Assembly: GCA_964016885.1 (NCBI GenBank)
Contig: OZ024740.1
Location: 245,024,001-245,088,000, forward strand
DNA: 64,000 bases
Reading direction: 5' to 3'
From: Eledone cirrhosa
Lineage: Eukaryota
Both the position numbers and the translations under genes were made by a program. Positions 26,830 to 39,070 of this stretch are shown here, one piece after another (the first letter of the stretch is position 1; each line of letters opens with the position of its first letter). The notes beneath the pieces are model-generated. The model made no database searches and was not told where the DNA came from. It saw only the letters and a list, made by a program, of their open reading frames with translations.

Positions 26830-27620
26830 GCATACATACATGGTGGCTGCCAACTCGTTTTCGAGTACGGCCACTACTTTATATCCATGTAGGAGAACCC
26901 CTACCGATGCGCTGAACGAGTGTGACTTTTTAGTCCAGCCAGCAACTTGAAAACTCTGGTACAAACACTACACTTGTGACAAATATTGACACATAGTGCT
27001 GAGCCCATTATACCCTGTGATGACAAGTGCAGAGAGATCTCCATATATAAAGCAATGCCTGTGCCGTGAAGCTTTTATAGTGAGCAAAGGCACTGCACAA
27101 AGCCAGTCCCACTCTCTTAACCAAGATGATATTTACCAAAAAGAAGAACAAGTCAACATCATTGGATACCATCAGAGTTGCAGGTGTTATATCAGAGTTT
27201 TCCTTCTCCTAGAATTCTGCCTTGTCAAAGGCTAAGGGGTCATCTCTCCCGGTGATTTTGGATGGCCATTGACTCTTTAGAGCTCCTTTGTCCTTTGACA
27301 AGTTTTGTTTTTAGTCCCGCAGAATGTCCAAAGTCACCTTCCTCACCAAGAAACCTACATACATACATACATGATGATGATGGCTGCCCCCTCGTTATCG
27401 AGTATGGCCATTGCACGATATACCATTATTAATAATTATTAATTAATTCTATCGTGCAATGCCTGTGCGTGAAGATATTTTTTAAAGTGGGGAAAGACTA
27501 TGCACTGAGCCAATCCCACTCTTTGAGCGACAGTAGCTATAACCCGAAAAGAAGAAAAGATCAACATCATCGGTAACTACTGAGCCGCAGGTTTTATATC
27601 GGAGTTATCCCAGTTATCAC
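26830..27620 (-). repeat. Degenerate non-coding dispersed repeats, possibly RTE-related SINE (another copy ~38128-38670), next to (CATA)n
   Basis: Shared motifs catacat(gat)ggctgcc..tcgagta, ccttctcctaga..ggatggcc(a/g)ttgactct..ctttgaca. Confidence 0.5.
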
Positions 27621-28156
27621 ACGTACACACTTCATACAGGCTAAACAACAATTAAAGAAGCTGTCACATTACTAGAAATACAACCACATCAAATTGTTTT
27701 CATATATTTTCTCTGACGGATATTTTTAACAAAAAATATGTGTCTCTAATATCTATCACAATACCCTCTCGACTCGCTCCTATCAAGTCATCACTTCCGA
27801 TATAGTTGGATAGAATTTCAAACACATATTTTCTAGATAACTATTACTCAGGCATTTTCCTCTTATTTAGTAATACTACGTACAGCATATTTCTATAAGG
27901 AAATATGACACTCCCTTTTGCTTACTCCACTCTTCATATTTGCATAACTTCGCTTCGTAGCATATGGTCTTCTAAATGTTTTTAATTATACATTCATGTA
28001 TCTCGCTATTTCAGAGCACCAATCCTAATATATATATATATATATATATTAGGAAATAGCGATGTATACATGAATGTATGTATAATTAAAAACATTTATG
28101 AGACCATATGCTATCAGTTTTAAAGTATAATTTTCGGCGAAAGTAGGGGAATGCGT

Positions 28157-28198
28157 GGCTCTGATGAAGGCCAACCAGCGTGAAACAGACTGTCAGCT
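28157..28198 (+). ncRNA. Type-I hammerhead ribozyme-like motif within nested inverted repeats (~27958-28277)
   Basis: ggct-CTGATGA-aggc..gcgt-GAAA-cag a ctg-TC-agct; stem I extended by ttttcggcgaaag/ctttcgccgaaaa; stem II weak. Confidence 0.6.
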
Positions 28199-30342
28199 TC
28201 TCTCCCTTCTTTCGCCGAAAAGAAGTAAGTGACATAGTCACTACTTTAAAACTGATAGCGTATTGTCTTCTAAATGTTAATTAAACATACGGTATATTGC
28301 CAAATATATTATACATACATTCATATATATATATATATATGTGTGTTTGATACGTCATGTATTACTTGTGTGGTATTCTTTTATTCTTTAACTAATGTCA
28401 GGCACCCAACTAGAGAAGAAATATAACATCGTAACAATCAATCAATGCACCACAATCATTTATATATATTTGTCTTTTTTTATTTTAAACAAAGATGGCG
28501 GATCTCTCTGCTCGCCCGTTAATGAACTGTTACGAATTACAGGACTCGGAGAACATCGACAGTTCGAACGCATGTTACCATTGAGGATTTCGTTATTCTG
28601 GAAACCCGTCCAATCGATAGGTCTATTATCCTCTTTTTCAAATCCGATCGATTTGATGTTGATGATTGTAATTATTTGTTTTATTATTGATGTTATATGT
28701 TGACAATGTTAGACTCTACCTCACTACTCACTTTTTAAAAACGTTAATATCGACCCAAATAATTATTTTAGATGCAGCTTGACCGAATGGTTAATAAGTT
28801 TGATTCGAAATCACGAGGTCCTTGAATGGTATCTGGGACGACTATTTTTTCCCGTAGTCTAGTGAAATTGGATAAATAGATACTGTTTGAAAGCCCGTGA
28901 CGTGAATTACATAAATTGTCTATGATCACATTGTATCACACTAAATTTTCTTAGGAATTATGTACACTTGTCTGTCAAATAATCAGCTGCTTATACGTTA
29001 TGTTAGCGAGTAAGCCGTTCTGATGATTGAACAACTGGAAAATACGCATCGTCGAAACCATCGGGGGTCCATTCCTGTTTTATTTTAGTACTTATTTAAG
29101 TTTGGTATTTATTTTATCGCTGTCTGTTTCTTGAATGTCTCGAGTGTAACATAAAAAGACCTGACTTCATAGTCCATTTATGGCAAATGTGTCAGACATT
29201 GACTAAGCCTCTCAACCCCAACATTAACTACTATGCCTAATCCTTCCTGCTCAAAACATTGGTTCTCTGGAATTCCCTCTCTGCTCCTAACTTTCCTAGA
29301 GACGTCAACGTGCAACAGTTTAAGTGGAACATTAGCAACATCAATCTTACGGGTTGCGAAGATCATGGGCACTGTCCTTTCCTCCAGTCTTAAGGGTTTG
29401 TGGCAACTAAAATTTACTCACAAAGCTTTGGTCGACCCTAAGCTATGATAAAAATCATTTGCCCAAGGTGCCGTACAGTGAGAATGAACCCGAAACCATG
29501 TGTTCGCAAAGCAAACTTATTATCTATGTATTGTGATTACACATGGTACCTTTATACAGCTGAATAGACAGTACCAGCTGTTTTAAACATCTTATTTATT
29601 TCATAGAGATGGAAGGGTACGAACCAGGACCCTCTCTGTAGAAAGCCTTAATTACGCAGTGTTTTTTTGTTGTTGTTTTTTTTTTGTTTTGTTTTTTGCT
29701 AATTGGTGGAATCAGGTATCACCGGGTTAACTTAACTTTCAACCTTTCAAGGTCTATAAATAAAAATACTAGTTCGGTACAAGAGATTAACGTAATTGTT
29801 AGAGCGTCAAACAAGATGCCCAGCAGTATTTATTACGGCACTATGCATTTGAGTTTAAATCTAATCTCTGTCACTAGCAATATAGGGACACCATAAGATT
29901 AGGGTTCCCTGTCATTAAAACACCCATGAAATCTTCTATGCAGCCTCATAAAATGCCGGAGAATATCGAATAGAATGCTTTGCGATATTCGTTTTTGCTC
30001 TTTGAATTTAAATCCAACCGAGGACAACTTTGTCTTTGATCCTTTCGAGCTTCTCTATATCTCCCATTTTCTCTAACTCTTTTTTAAAAAAGAAATTGGC
30101 TATGTTAAGACAAGAGAAGGAATGGGCCACGCCAGATTTAAATACCCAACACATGCTGTATTTCATAACCATGCCCTTATTACTCCATCAGGAGTTCAGG
30201 GCTCGTAGAGGGAGTCCCTATCATAACAGATATTTCATGTATTTATAAACCGCTGTCAGTCTATGGTTACCAGCTTCACTAAATCCAACATTACATTTAA
30301 CTAGGTTCTTTTTAAATTGAAATACGCCTTTCACAAAATAAC

Positions 30343-30689
30343 CTGAAAAACTTCCAAAGATCACCACTTCAATACTTTCGCTCTACGATGGGTTTTTCTT
30401 CGGACCTATAGTTGTAGAAATGTCTGTCATCTGAGTTCTCACAGCCATCTGCTAGAAGGAGCCTTGCAAGGTGAACTGGCACTTTTAGCGCATCGTCCTC
30501 ACCATCCTCCGGGAAAACGCACTCGCTATTCTCTCCACCGAGTCCACGAAGCAACAGAAAGTAAAATAGTAAAATATTTGCCTCCGCCAACTGGATATGA
30601 TTGAAGTAAATAAAAGAACGAATTGTTCGTTTTCTTTTCTCTTTCAATTGTTTTGTTCGTGGTTATAGGTTTACTTGATCGCAGTTGAC
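30343..30689 (-). other. Candidate host-gene exon (possibly untranslated)
   Basis: Acceptor ttgtttattttccccactcccag| and donor cag|gttatt around unique, GC-richer sequence; no recognisable protein. Confidence 0.25.
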
Positions 30690-31288
30690 CTGGGAGTGGG
30701 GAAAATAAACAATAACAACCACATACCACACACACCAGTTACTTCACACTCAGCATCTACATTCCAATAATATTTTAAATAAATGCTACCGCAACACAAA
30801 TAAGAACATGACCTCGCTATTAAAAACGATAAATTGCTGAGATGGAATGTCGAATTAAAAACACGTAACTCAACAAAATATTGCCTGGAAAATTATAATT
30901 TCATCGGTCTTTATTTATTTATTTTATTTTATTTTATATGGCAATTGAGAACTTGATGGGTTGATGGGTTTCCAGGGGACCAATCACGGCTTCACTGAAT
31001 TTCTGACGACAAGATTGACGAAGGAGGGTCTGTAACAGTAATTCGTTCGAAAAACACTACTGTTTTATTTACCAATTTATACACCCTTCCTCCACGAAGA
31101 TACATACATACATACATACATACATACATACATACATACATACATACATACATACATACAGTAGCTTACAATGTGTTTACTGTGTCTGTCTTAACACCAA
31201 CATTTGAAATACTTAATTGGACAATATAATATCAAAGATTAGCGAAAAGGAGAATATCTATGCAGAACTAATGAGAAATCTACAGATA

Positions 31289-33348
31289 TGTAGCGGTTGT
31301 CTCCCTTGTTTGGATTAACATCCAGACGGGAAGTAGAACCCTTTCTGTAACTTCCGGTCAGAACCCTATAAAACTAACAACCTTAAGCTCTCAATCTCTC
31401 ATTGCCTTTTCGGCACCAGGTCAAGAGCCTCTCATTGGGCTCTGCCATTCATTTGGCCAACAGGCGCCTGGCCTTAGCCAGGCGTCCTCTGCCAGCCACC
31501 ATTGCCTGGCAATCAAAACGGTAACTACTAACTTTGCTTCATTCTACCATCCTCATCTTTGACATGTCAACTATACTATCTACCATTGTTAATTAAATAT
31601 TATACAAACAAACAATGTATTCCTTGTTACATTCATACAACCCAGTATTCTCGCTATATTGGTAACCCTAACGTGATACGAACACGCAGCCGTTCATCGC
31701 TATAAGGGTCACCCCAAAAAAAGAAAAAAATAGCACATCTGGTTTCGTGTGAGTAACATTACGAATACACAGTAAATTTATCGACAAACTATGAAAATAC
31801 TCAGTAAAAGAAACAAACGCACACACGCACATGTGGAATTCGCGTTCAGACAGACTTTTTTCTCTCACGCATCAACTAACTGTCGCATTTCACGATATAT
31901 ATATATGTTTCTCGTTTCTTACAACGAACTCTTTCAAAACAACAAAAAAACTAAAAGAAATTTGATATTCTTTAAAAAACATTTCAACAGGAACATTTAT
32001 TTTCGATGAACCATTGCCTTTTTGTTCATCGTTTTCTTCATCGTTCAAGTTTTTTTTTTTTTTCAAAAGTTCACACCAATAATTAGGCTAAGTGAAGCCT
32101 TTCTTTTTCATCATTGTCACTTTCAAAATTGCACTATCATTTTCTCGCGCGTTAGAAATATTTTTTTCAACCTTGTATTGGCACGTGTAGGCAGCACAAA
32201 TTCTCGATTCACAGAGATGTCTCTACTCACAGACATAGCCGCACGCCAGAGATAACATTTCTCGCCAAGGATTCTTCAGCCTTAAGCTATATTCTTCTAT
32301 TTGCCGGTTTATAAATTTACAATGTAAATTTACCGTTGATAACCGCGCATTTATTAGGAATGCTTATTTCTCTGGTCGCTGGCCTCTTGACCCTTCCAGG
32401 TCAACGCATTCTCAACATCGACCATCAACTTCGGCTGCTATTTCTAGCACTTTGCGCAACTCATTTTTTTCTAAAAAAAATTTTTTTTACTGTGAATTTA
32501 AACACCGAATACGCTCACTCAGCGAGACAACAGCAGCAGCAGCAATACATCAACACAGCTTCACCAACAACCAGCAGAACGCCAGAGAATTTATTTTTGC
32601 AGCACTCTCCCTGTGAGAAAATCCATTCGGAGGTTGGAAATTTCACGATATACCACAGAACAGAAACCACCTGCATTCATTCTCTGGAACACACTTTCTT
32701 TCCTGCTGTCATGTGATTGCACACCTGTGAACTATATTTTGTACATTTGAACTTTGAGCTCTTCTATTACTTTTACTTTGTTACATTGTATCTTTGGGTG
32801 ATGGATAGATGGATGTCCAGTCGTTCTCTGGCCAAGAGCGGTTGGCTACCTTGATATCTATCATTGATTTTTGCAAACATTCTTTTGTCGTAATTTTCAT
32901 GCCTGTTACAACATTCTCGCCAACTTGCTACATATTTTCATTTCGATTTTTATACACTAAAATTCTGGCGGGAGGTTATGTAGCGGTTGTCTCCCTTGTT
33001 TGGATTAACATCCAGGCGGGAAGTAGAACCCTTTCTGTAACTTCCGGTCAGAACCCTATAAAACTAACAACTTTAAGCTCTCAATCTCTCATTGCCTTTT
33101 CGGCACCAGGTCAAGAGCCTCTCATTGGGCTCTGCCATTCATTTGGCCAACAGGCGCCTGGCCTTAGCCAGGCGTCCTCTGCCAGCCACCATTGCCTGGC
33201 AATCAAAACGGTAACTACTAACTTTGCTTCATTCTACCATCCTCATCTTTGACATGACAACTATACTATCTACCATTGTTAATTAAATATTATACAAACA
33301 AACAATGTATTCCTTGTTACATTCATACAACCCAGTATTCTCGCTATA
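31289..33348 (+). mobile_element. Non-autonomous Gypsy-type LTR retroelement (2060 bp)
   Basis: 370-bp LTRs 31289-31658 and 32979-33348 (3 differences seen), 4-bp TSD GATA, PBS, PPT-like ctggcgggaggtta, no gag/pol ORF. Confidence 0.93.
31660..31677 (+). promoter_or_regulatory. Primer-binding site, tRNA-Trp type
   Basis: TGGTAACCCTAACGTGAT versus the tRNA-Trp complement TGGTGACCCCGACGTGAT (15/18), 1 nt after the 5' LTR. Confidence 0.75.
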
Positions 33349-33844
33349 GATACTCCACTCAGACTATACGTTCAGATTTATGCCTGTGATTATTGGGGCA
33401 CTGGGATATGTTAGTAACTGCCTCAATACAAATCTTGAGAAGCTAGGCTTCACAGGAACAGAAAGAACACAACTAGTTAGGAAATTACAAGTACAATCCA
33501 TTAATGGAACATTCCCAAAATTCTGCATCGAATAACTGCATATACACATGTACAGATACAACACATGCACCTGCACACAAATAACTCAAAACATCCACAT
33601 CCACACATACAATAACATCCATACCTGCATACACATGCATGCATGCCTACATGCATTCATATCTACTTAGTTGATGTTGTTTAAATTCCAATGAGAGAGT
33701 CTTGTATCTATCCTAGAAACCGACTCTTTCTCTATTGGTATAAATTTGTGAAATTATAAAACCAGAAGAACATACATACATACATACATACATACATACA
33801 TACATACATACATACATACATACATACATACATACATACATACA

Positions 33845-36800
33845 AATGGCGACCGTTGTGGTCAGTGTCCGATAATCGGACGTGTGTAATTACGGCTTAC
33901 ATGAAGGCAACATACCATATATTGGAAAAAGTTGAGCTACATTACGCGGTAAGATTACATACAATAATTCTACATAAGCGTTTGAACTGTGTGTTGTAAA
34001 ACACCTATTTATATGAACGATACATACACTTATGATATATGAACGATACATACACTTTAACATATAAATGCAACGTTGTTATATTACATTTATAAAGAAA
34101 TATACAAGTAACGTTTTCGATTCAGAAACAAAAACATAAGTGTTTGAACTGTGAATATGTTGTGAATAAGTTGTAGAACACCTATTTATATGAATGATAC
34201 ATAAACTTTAACATATAAATACAGCGTTGTTATATTATATTACATTCATAAAGGAATATACTAAGTAACGGTTCTTTTTGTTCTCGATTCAAACGATTCA
34301 AGAACAACGTTTAAAACACAGTTGTAGAATTAAAAACTAACTGAAAAGAAATATTACCCAAGCTGTGAATAACTTTAAATTTGATTCTGACAGAACTTTG
34401 TCGTAACTTTTAAAGAAGATCATCGACTATTTTGAAAAATAAATACGAAATATTAGTGAATAGACGAACTCATCATGGCAAAAAGTGCAAGTCTCCTTCG
34501 ACCAAATCGCAACTACAACCGTTGTACACAGTGGAGCTACGAGCATAACAAAGTATTATATGAAGCATACAAACAATCTGAACCCCAAAAGTTCGGTTTT
34601 ATGCAAAGGCTAAAAACTTTATGGAACTCCAAACACCCAGAATTAGACTTTTCTCCAAAGCATCTAAATGAACAGGCAAAACGTATCATTAGATGTAAAT
34701 TGATACATCTAACGGAATTGAGTGATACTAGAAATACAGCCCTTGTAAACAACCACCCCACCTCCACTGACAGACAAAGAGAATGGCCAGCTAAATCTAA
34801 CAGTGAACAGCTCACCAACAATTTTGCTGAAATCCATCCCACTTCCACTGAAGAACAGCGAGGATGGTCAGCTAACTCTAGTAGTAATTGTCACCACATC
34901 AACAACGAGGCTGAAATTCATGACTCTACTGAACAAACAGAGCACCAAAAACTTGTGGGCACCCTACAAGTGATATGGAACGATATGTTTCAAGAGATAC
35001 ACAGCCTTAATGTGAGTGACAGACCATACAACACTAGAGTCAGTAAAGAACCCACTAAATTGGAATTGGAAGCGGTGAACGAAATAGCTGGCAATTATCT
35101 GAAGGCTATACGATCTAAAGGTGTAGAAACGACATTTGAAACGCTTAATGTTTTGTTATATGTTTCAGCTGTCACATTGCTATCATATAACACACATCTA
35201 AAACCACGCAATCAAGATACAAACAGAAAGCCTGAACCAGCGTGGATGCGAAATTTAAAAACCAAAATTTTGTCCCTGAGACGAAGTATCTCACACATCG
35301 CAGTCGTTATGAAATGCAACATAGAGAGCAACTTCACACGACACCAGGAAGACCTAAAGAAAAAGTTAGAGAGACGATTTGGAGATACAAAATTTAAAAC
35401 TTTGAACTCCAAATTACACCAGTTCAAACAACAACTCACAGCTACAACAGAAAGACTAAAATATAAGTCAACAGCACATAAACGACAAGTGCTAAATAGA
35501 TTGTTTGCCAGAGATCCTAAATCAGTTTATCGCAGCTTAGGTGGCAAAAGCTCAATCCCTGTAAACGACACCCCTTCAAAAGAACAGGTTGAGAGCTACT
35601 GGAGATCTGTATGGGAAACGGATGACGGATTCAACAGACAAGCTAATTGGCTAAAAGAACTGGAACAGGACTACTGCCAACATGTCCAGACAAAACAATA
35701 TGACATAGATGGGTCAATACTGGAAACAGCTAATAGAAAATGTCGAATAGGAAATCGCCAGGCCCAGACCTCATTACAGGATACTGGTTGAAGAATTTCA
35801 CTTTCTATCGGCAAAATCTCATACGGCTGTTTACAGAAACCATTAAGGGCACACAAGAACTGCCCAGATGGTTATCAACTGCCACTACTCTCCTCATTCC
35901 CAAAAATAGCCAAACCACCCTTGCTAAAAATTACCGCCCAATTGCCTGCCAAAACATCATGTATGAATTATATACTGGGTGCCTTAACCTGTTCTTACAG
36001 GATCACTGTGCTACCAACAACATCATAACACCTGAGCAAGCTGGTGGAAAGAGGGAGGTGTGGGGTTGCATAGATCACCTACTAACTAACAAAATGATTC
36101 AGGAAAAAACAACAAAGAATCGCAGAAACATGACTGTCGTGTGGCTGGACTATCAAAAAGCATTCGATAGTGTACCTCATGGGTGGATTATTAAGGCTTT
36201 ACAGTTAGCTAAAGTCCCACAACCATTGGTAGCTGCTGTTGAACGCCTGACCAAGAACTGGTACACCAATTTGATCCTTAGAGGTGAGAAGGAGCAGGTT
36301 AAGACTGATAAGATACATTACCAGAAGGGCATCTTTCAGGGTGATAGCTTGTCAGTGCTATTCTTCGTTCTCTCACTGAATCCACTATCTTACCTACTCA
36401 GGAAACAAGGTGGACAAAGAAGTGGGCCCAGAAGTATCTCCCATCTTTTCTTTGTTGATGACCTGAAGTTGTATGGGCCAAATATCAATGACATCAAGAA
36501 ACAATTGGACCTCATTACACAATTTTCCACCGACATCAAAATGAAATTTGGTGAGTCCAAGTGTGCATATTTGGCAGTAAAACGTGGAAGAGCTGTGCCC
36601 TCCTCTAGAAATCTAGAGATGAACGGCCTGACAATACAACCTCTGCAGTCAGGTGACAACTACAGATATCTTGGACAGGATGAGAATGTTAGATATGATG
36701 GACCCATAAATAAGGAGAGAACCAGAACTGAATACCTCAGAAGAGTAAATAAAATATGGTCATCAGAACTGTCAGCATACAACAAATACATTGCCCACAA

Positions 36801-38063
36801 TACTTATGCTGTGCCAATTCTAACGCCAACATTTGGCCTACTGAACTGGTCATTGCAAGAACTAAGTGAGATGGATGTTAGAACTCGAAAACTTCTCAGT
36901 GTTACTGGGAACTTTAATATCAATGGTGATGTGGATAGGCTATACTTCTCACGCAAGGAAGGTGGCCGGGGTCTAAAATCAATATTAACAACATATGAGA
37001 CCCGGATAGTAACACTGAAGCAACACCTTCAACAGAGGAAAAAGGTTGGCAACCATCTTGCCCAGGTTTATGAGCATGAAAAAAGAAATATCATTAGAAT
37101 AGCGACTGATCTGGAGGAGAGATATGGAATAAAGCCTGATATAAATCTCTCACCCAGAGAAATCGGAAGATCCTATTCAATGTTCAAACAAGATAAAAAA
37201 ATTGACCAATTTACAGAAAAAGTTGTGCATGGATACTTGAGGCGTAAAACACAGACCATAGAGGGGATAAACCACTCAAAAATCCTGGCATGGAGTTCCG
37301 ACAAGTTTATGACATCAAACTTTGAGGGATATCTCTATGCAATACAGGAACAAGAACTCACTACCAAATATCTGTTGCACAAAAGAGGAGGGCCCGCAGC
37401 TGACAATAAATGTAGGCTATGTAAAACAAAGATCGAGGATGTAAGCCACATTGTTGCCAGCTGCGAAAGAATGTCATCTCGCTACTACCTCCCCATGAGA
37501 CACGATGGGATAGCTAGAACCATCTGGAACGCACTTCGGAAAACAAAATTAACAACAAACGAGGAAGAATATATTGAGACAGATGGCACTAAGGAATACT
37601 GGTGGAACCTGAAAATAAAAACTGCCACCAAATTAAAGCACAACCGGTCTGATATTGTAGTTTGGGACCACACATTGAAAACGTGTTCTGTTGTGGAGAT
37701 CAGCTGCCCACTTGATGTAAACGTTGTCAGAAAAATACAGGAGAAGGAGGACATCTACGGACCATTGATGAGGAGTTTACAAATCCAGTATCCAAGATAC
37801 ACCTTTAGCTTCATACCCATCATTATTGGTGCTACGGGTTATATACCAACCCGCTTGGACCAAAGTATGACTGAACTTGGATTTGCGGACAAAGAGCGCA
37901 GCTCCCTAATTCATAGTCTACAAATGGCTGCGATAGCTGGCACCTTCAAAATTTGCAAAACATTCTTGCGATTCAAGGGATGACAATTTCTTTTCTTTTA
38001 CAACCTTGCCACCAGGAAGGTGGCCGGTCAAAAAAATATACTCGAAATTAAGAGAAAGAGAAA
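33845..38063 (+). mobile_element. Apparently full-length R4-clade RLE LINE inserted in (TACA)n
   Basis: ~630-nt 5' UTR, single long ORF, short 3' UTR with gccacc/ggtggc hairpin; (TACA)n on both flanks. Confidence 0.92.
34475..37983 (+). pseudogene. RT-RLE polyprotein with one frameshift near 35745
   Basis: KSPGPD, NYRPIAC, WLDYQKAFDSVPH, GIFQGDSLS, FVDDLKLY, CRLC..H....C zinc knuckle, RHD, NRSDIV..VEISCP..KEDIY. Confidence 0.93.
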
Positions 38064-38766
38064 ACATACATACATACATACATACATACATACATACATA
38101 CATACATACATACATACATACATACATGATGACTGCAACTCGATTTCGGGTAATTCCATCGCTTGATACTTAAGCCAGAGCATCACGAACGAGGCTTTTT
38201 AGTGCTGCTAGAGACTAACCTATGACCAGCAGTGACATGCATTGTAAAAATGTCGCATATCAAGCGATGCCTGCGCTTGAAGCTGGAAAGGTTTTGCACG
38301 GAGTCAATGCCAACTTTGAACATCAAATGCATTTACCCAAATTGTGGAACTGGTCCACATCATTGAATGCAAACGAAGTCACAGGTTTTGTATCAGAGTG
38401 ACCTTCTCCTAGAGAGATGTCTTAATGAAGACTAGGAGTCTCTCGCTCCACTGATCTTCTAAAATATATTTCATTGGATGGCCGTTGACTCTCCCGATTT
38501 CCACCGCCTTTTGACAGATCATGGTTTTCATCCCGTGGGGTTCCAAAATCACTCTCGTCACCAACAAGCTTGGTGGGGTTGCCGGTTTATTGGTGGGGTT
38601 GCCGGTTTAGTCTCCGACGACCTGATCATGCACAGATTGTACTAGTAGTGCCGAAGAGCGTCCTGACGTAACATACATACATATACGCATACACACATAC
38701 ATGCATACACATATACATGCATACAGGCATATATACATATATATACACACACACAACTTGTGTTTT

Positions 38767-38844
<78 letters not shown>

Positions 38845-38849
<5 letters not shown>

Positions 38850-39070
38850 GACGACCTTGACATGCTCAACCACCTCCCAACAACACTCAATAACGAACAT
38901 ACCCTACTAGTAACCTTTGATGTCATCAATTTATATTGCAATATCCCACATAACCTAGGTATAGAGGCAATACAAATCTGGATGGAAAATTTCCCTAGTG
39001 AACTTCCACAGCGCATCCCTAAAGTGGCCCCCTTATACGCCAACCTTGTCATGGGATATTTGGAAACCAT
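38845..39070 (+). pseudogene. PLE reverse-transcriptase fragment (different PLE lineage), internally deleted
   Basis: [19 protein letters not shown] and APLYANLVMGYLE; (TA)n flanks. Confidence 0.75.

Larger units (their letters stand above)
31220..33770 (+). mobile_element. 5'-truncated R4-type RLE LINE between (TACA)n tracts, interrupted by an LTR element
   Basis: Removing the LTR element and one GATA copy gives NIISKISEKENIYAELMRNLQILHSDYTFRFMPVIIGALGY, homologous to the C-terminus of ORF 35740-37983. Confidence 0.85.

Noticed and set aside
32336-33252. ORFs inside the LTR element as gag or env
   Set aside because: No gag, protease, RT or integrase motifs; one ORF runs through the LTR
33845-33930. 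HDV-like ribozyme at the R4 element 5' end
   Set aside because: Only two simple hairpins seen (gacc/ggtc, gtccga/tcggac); the nested double pseudoknot could not be built by eye
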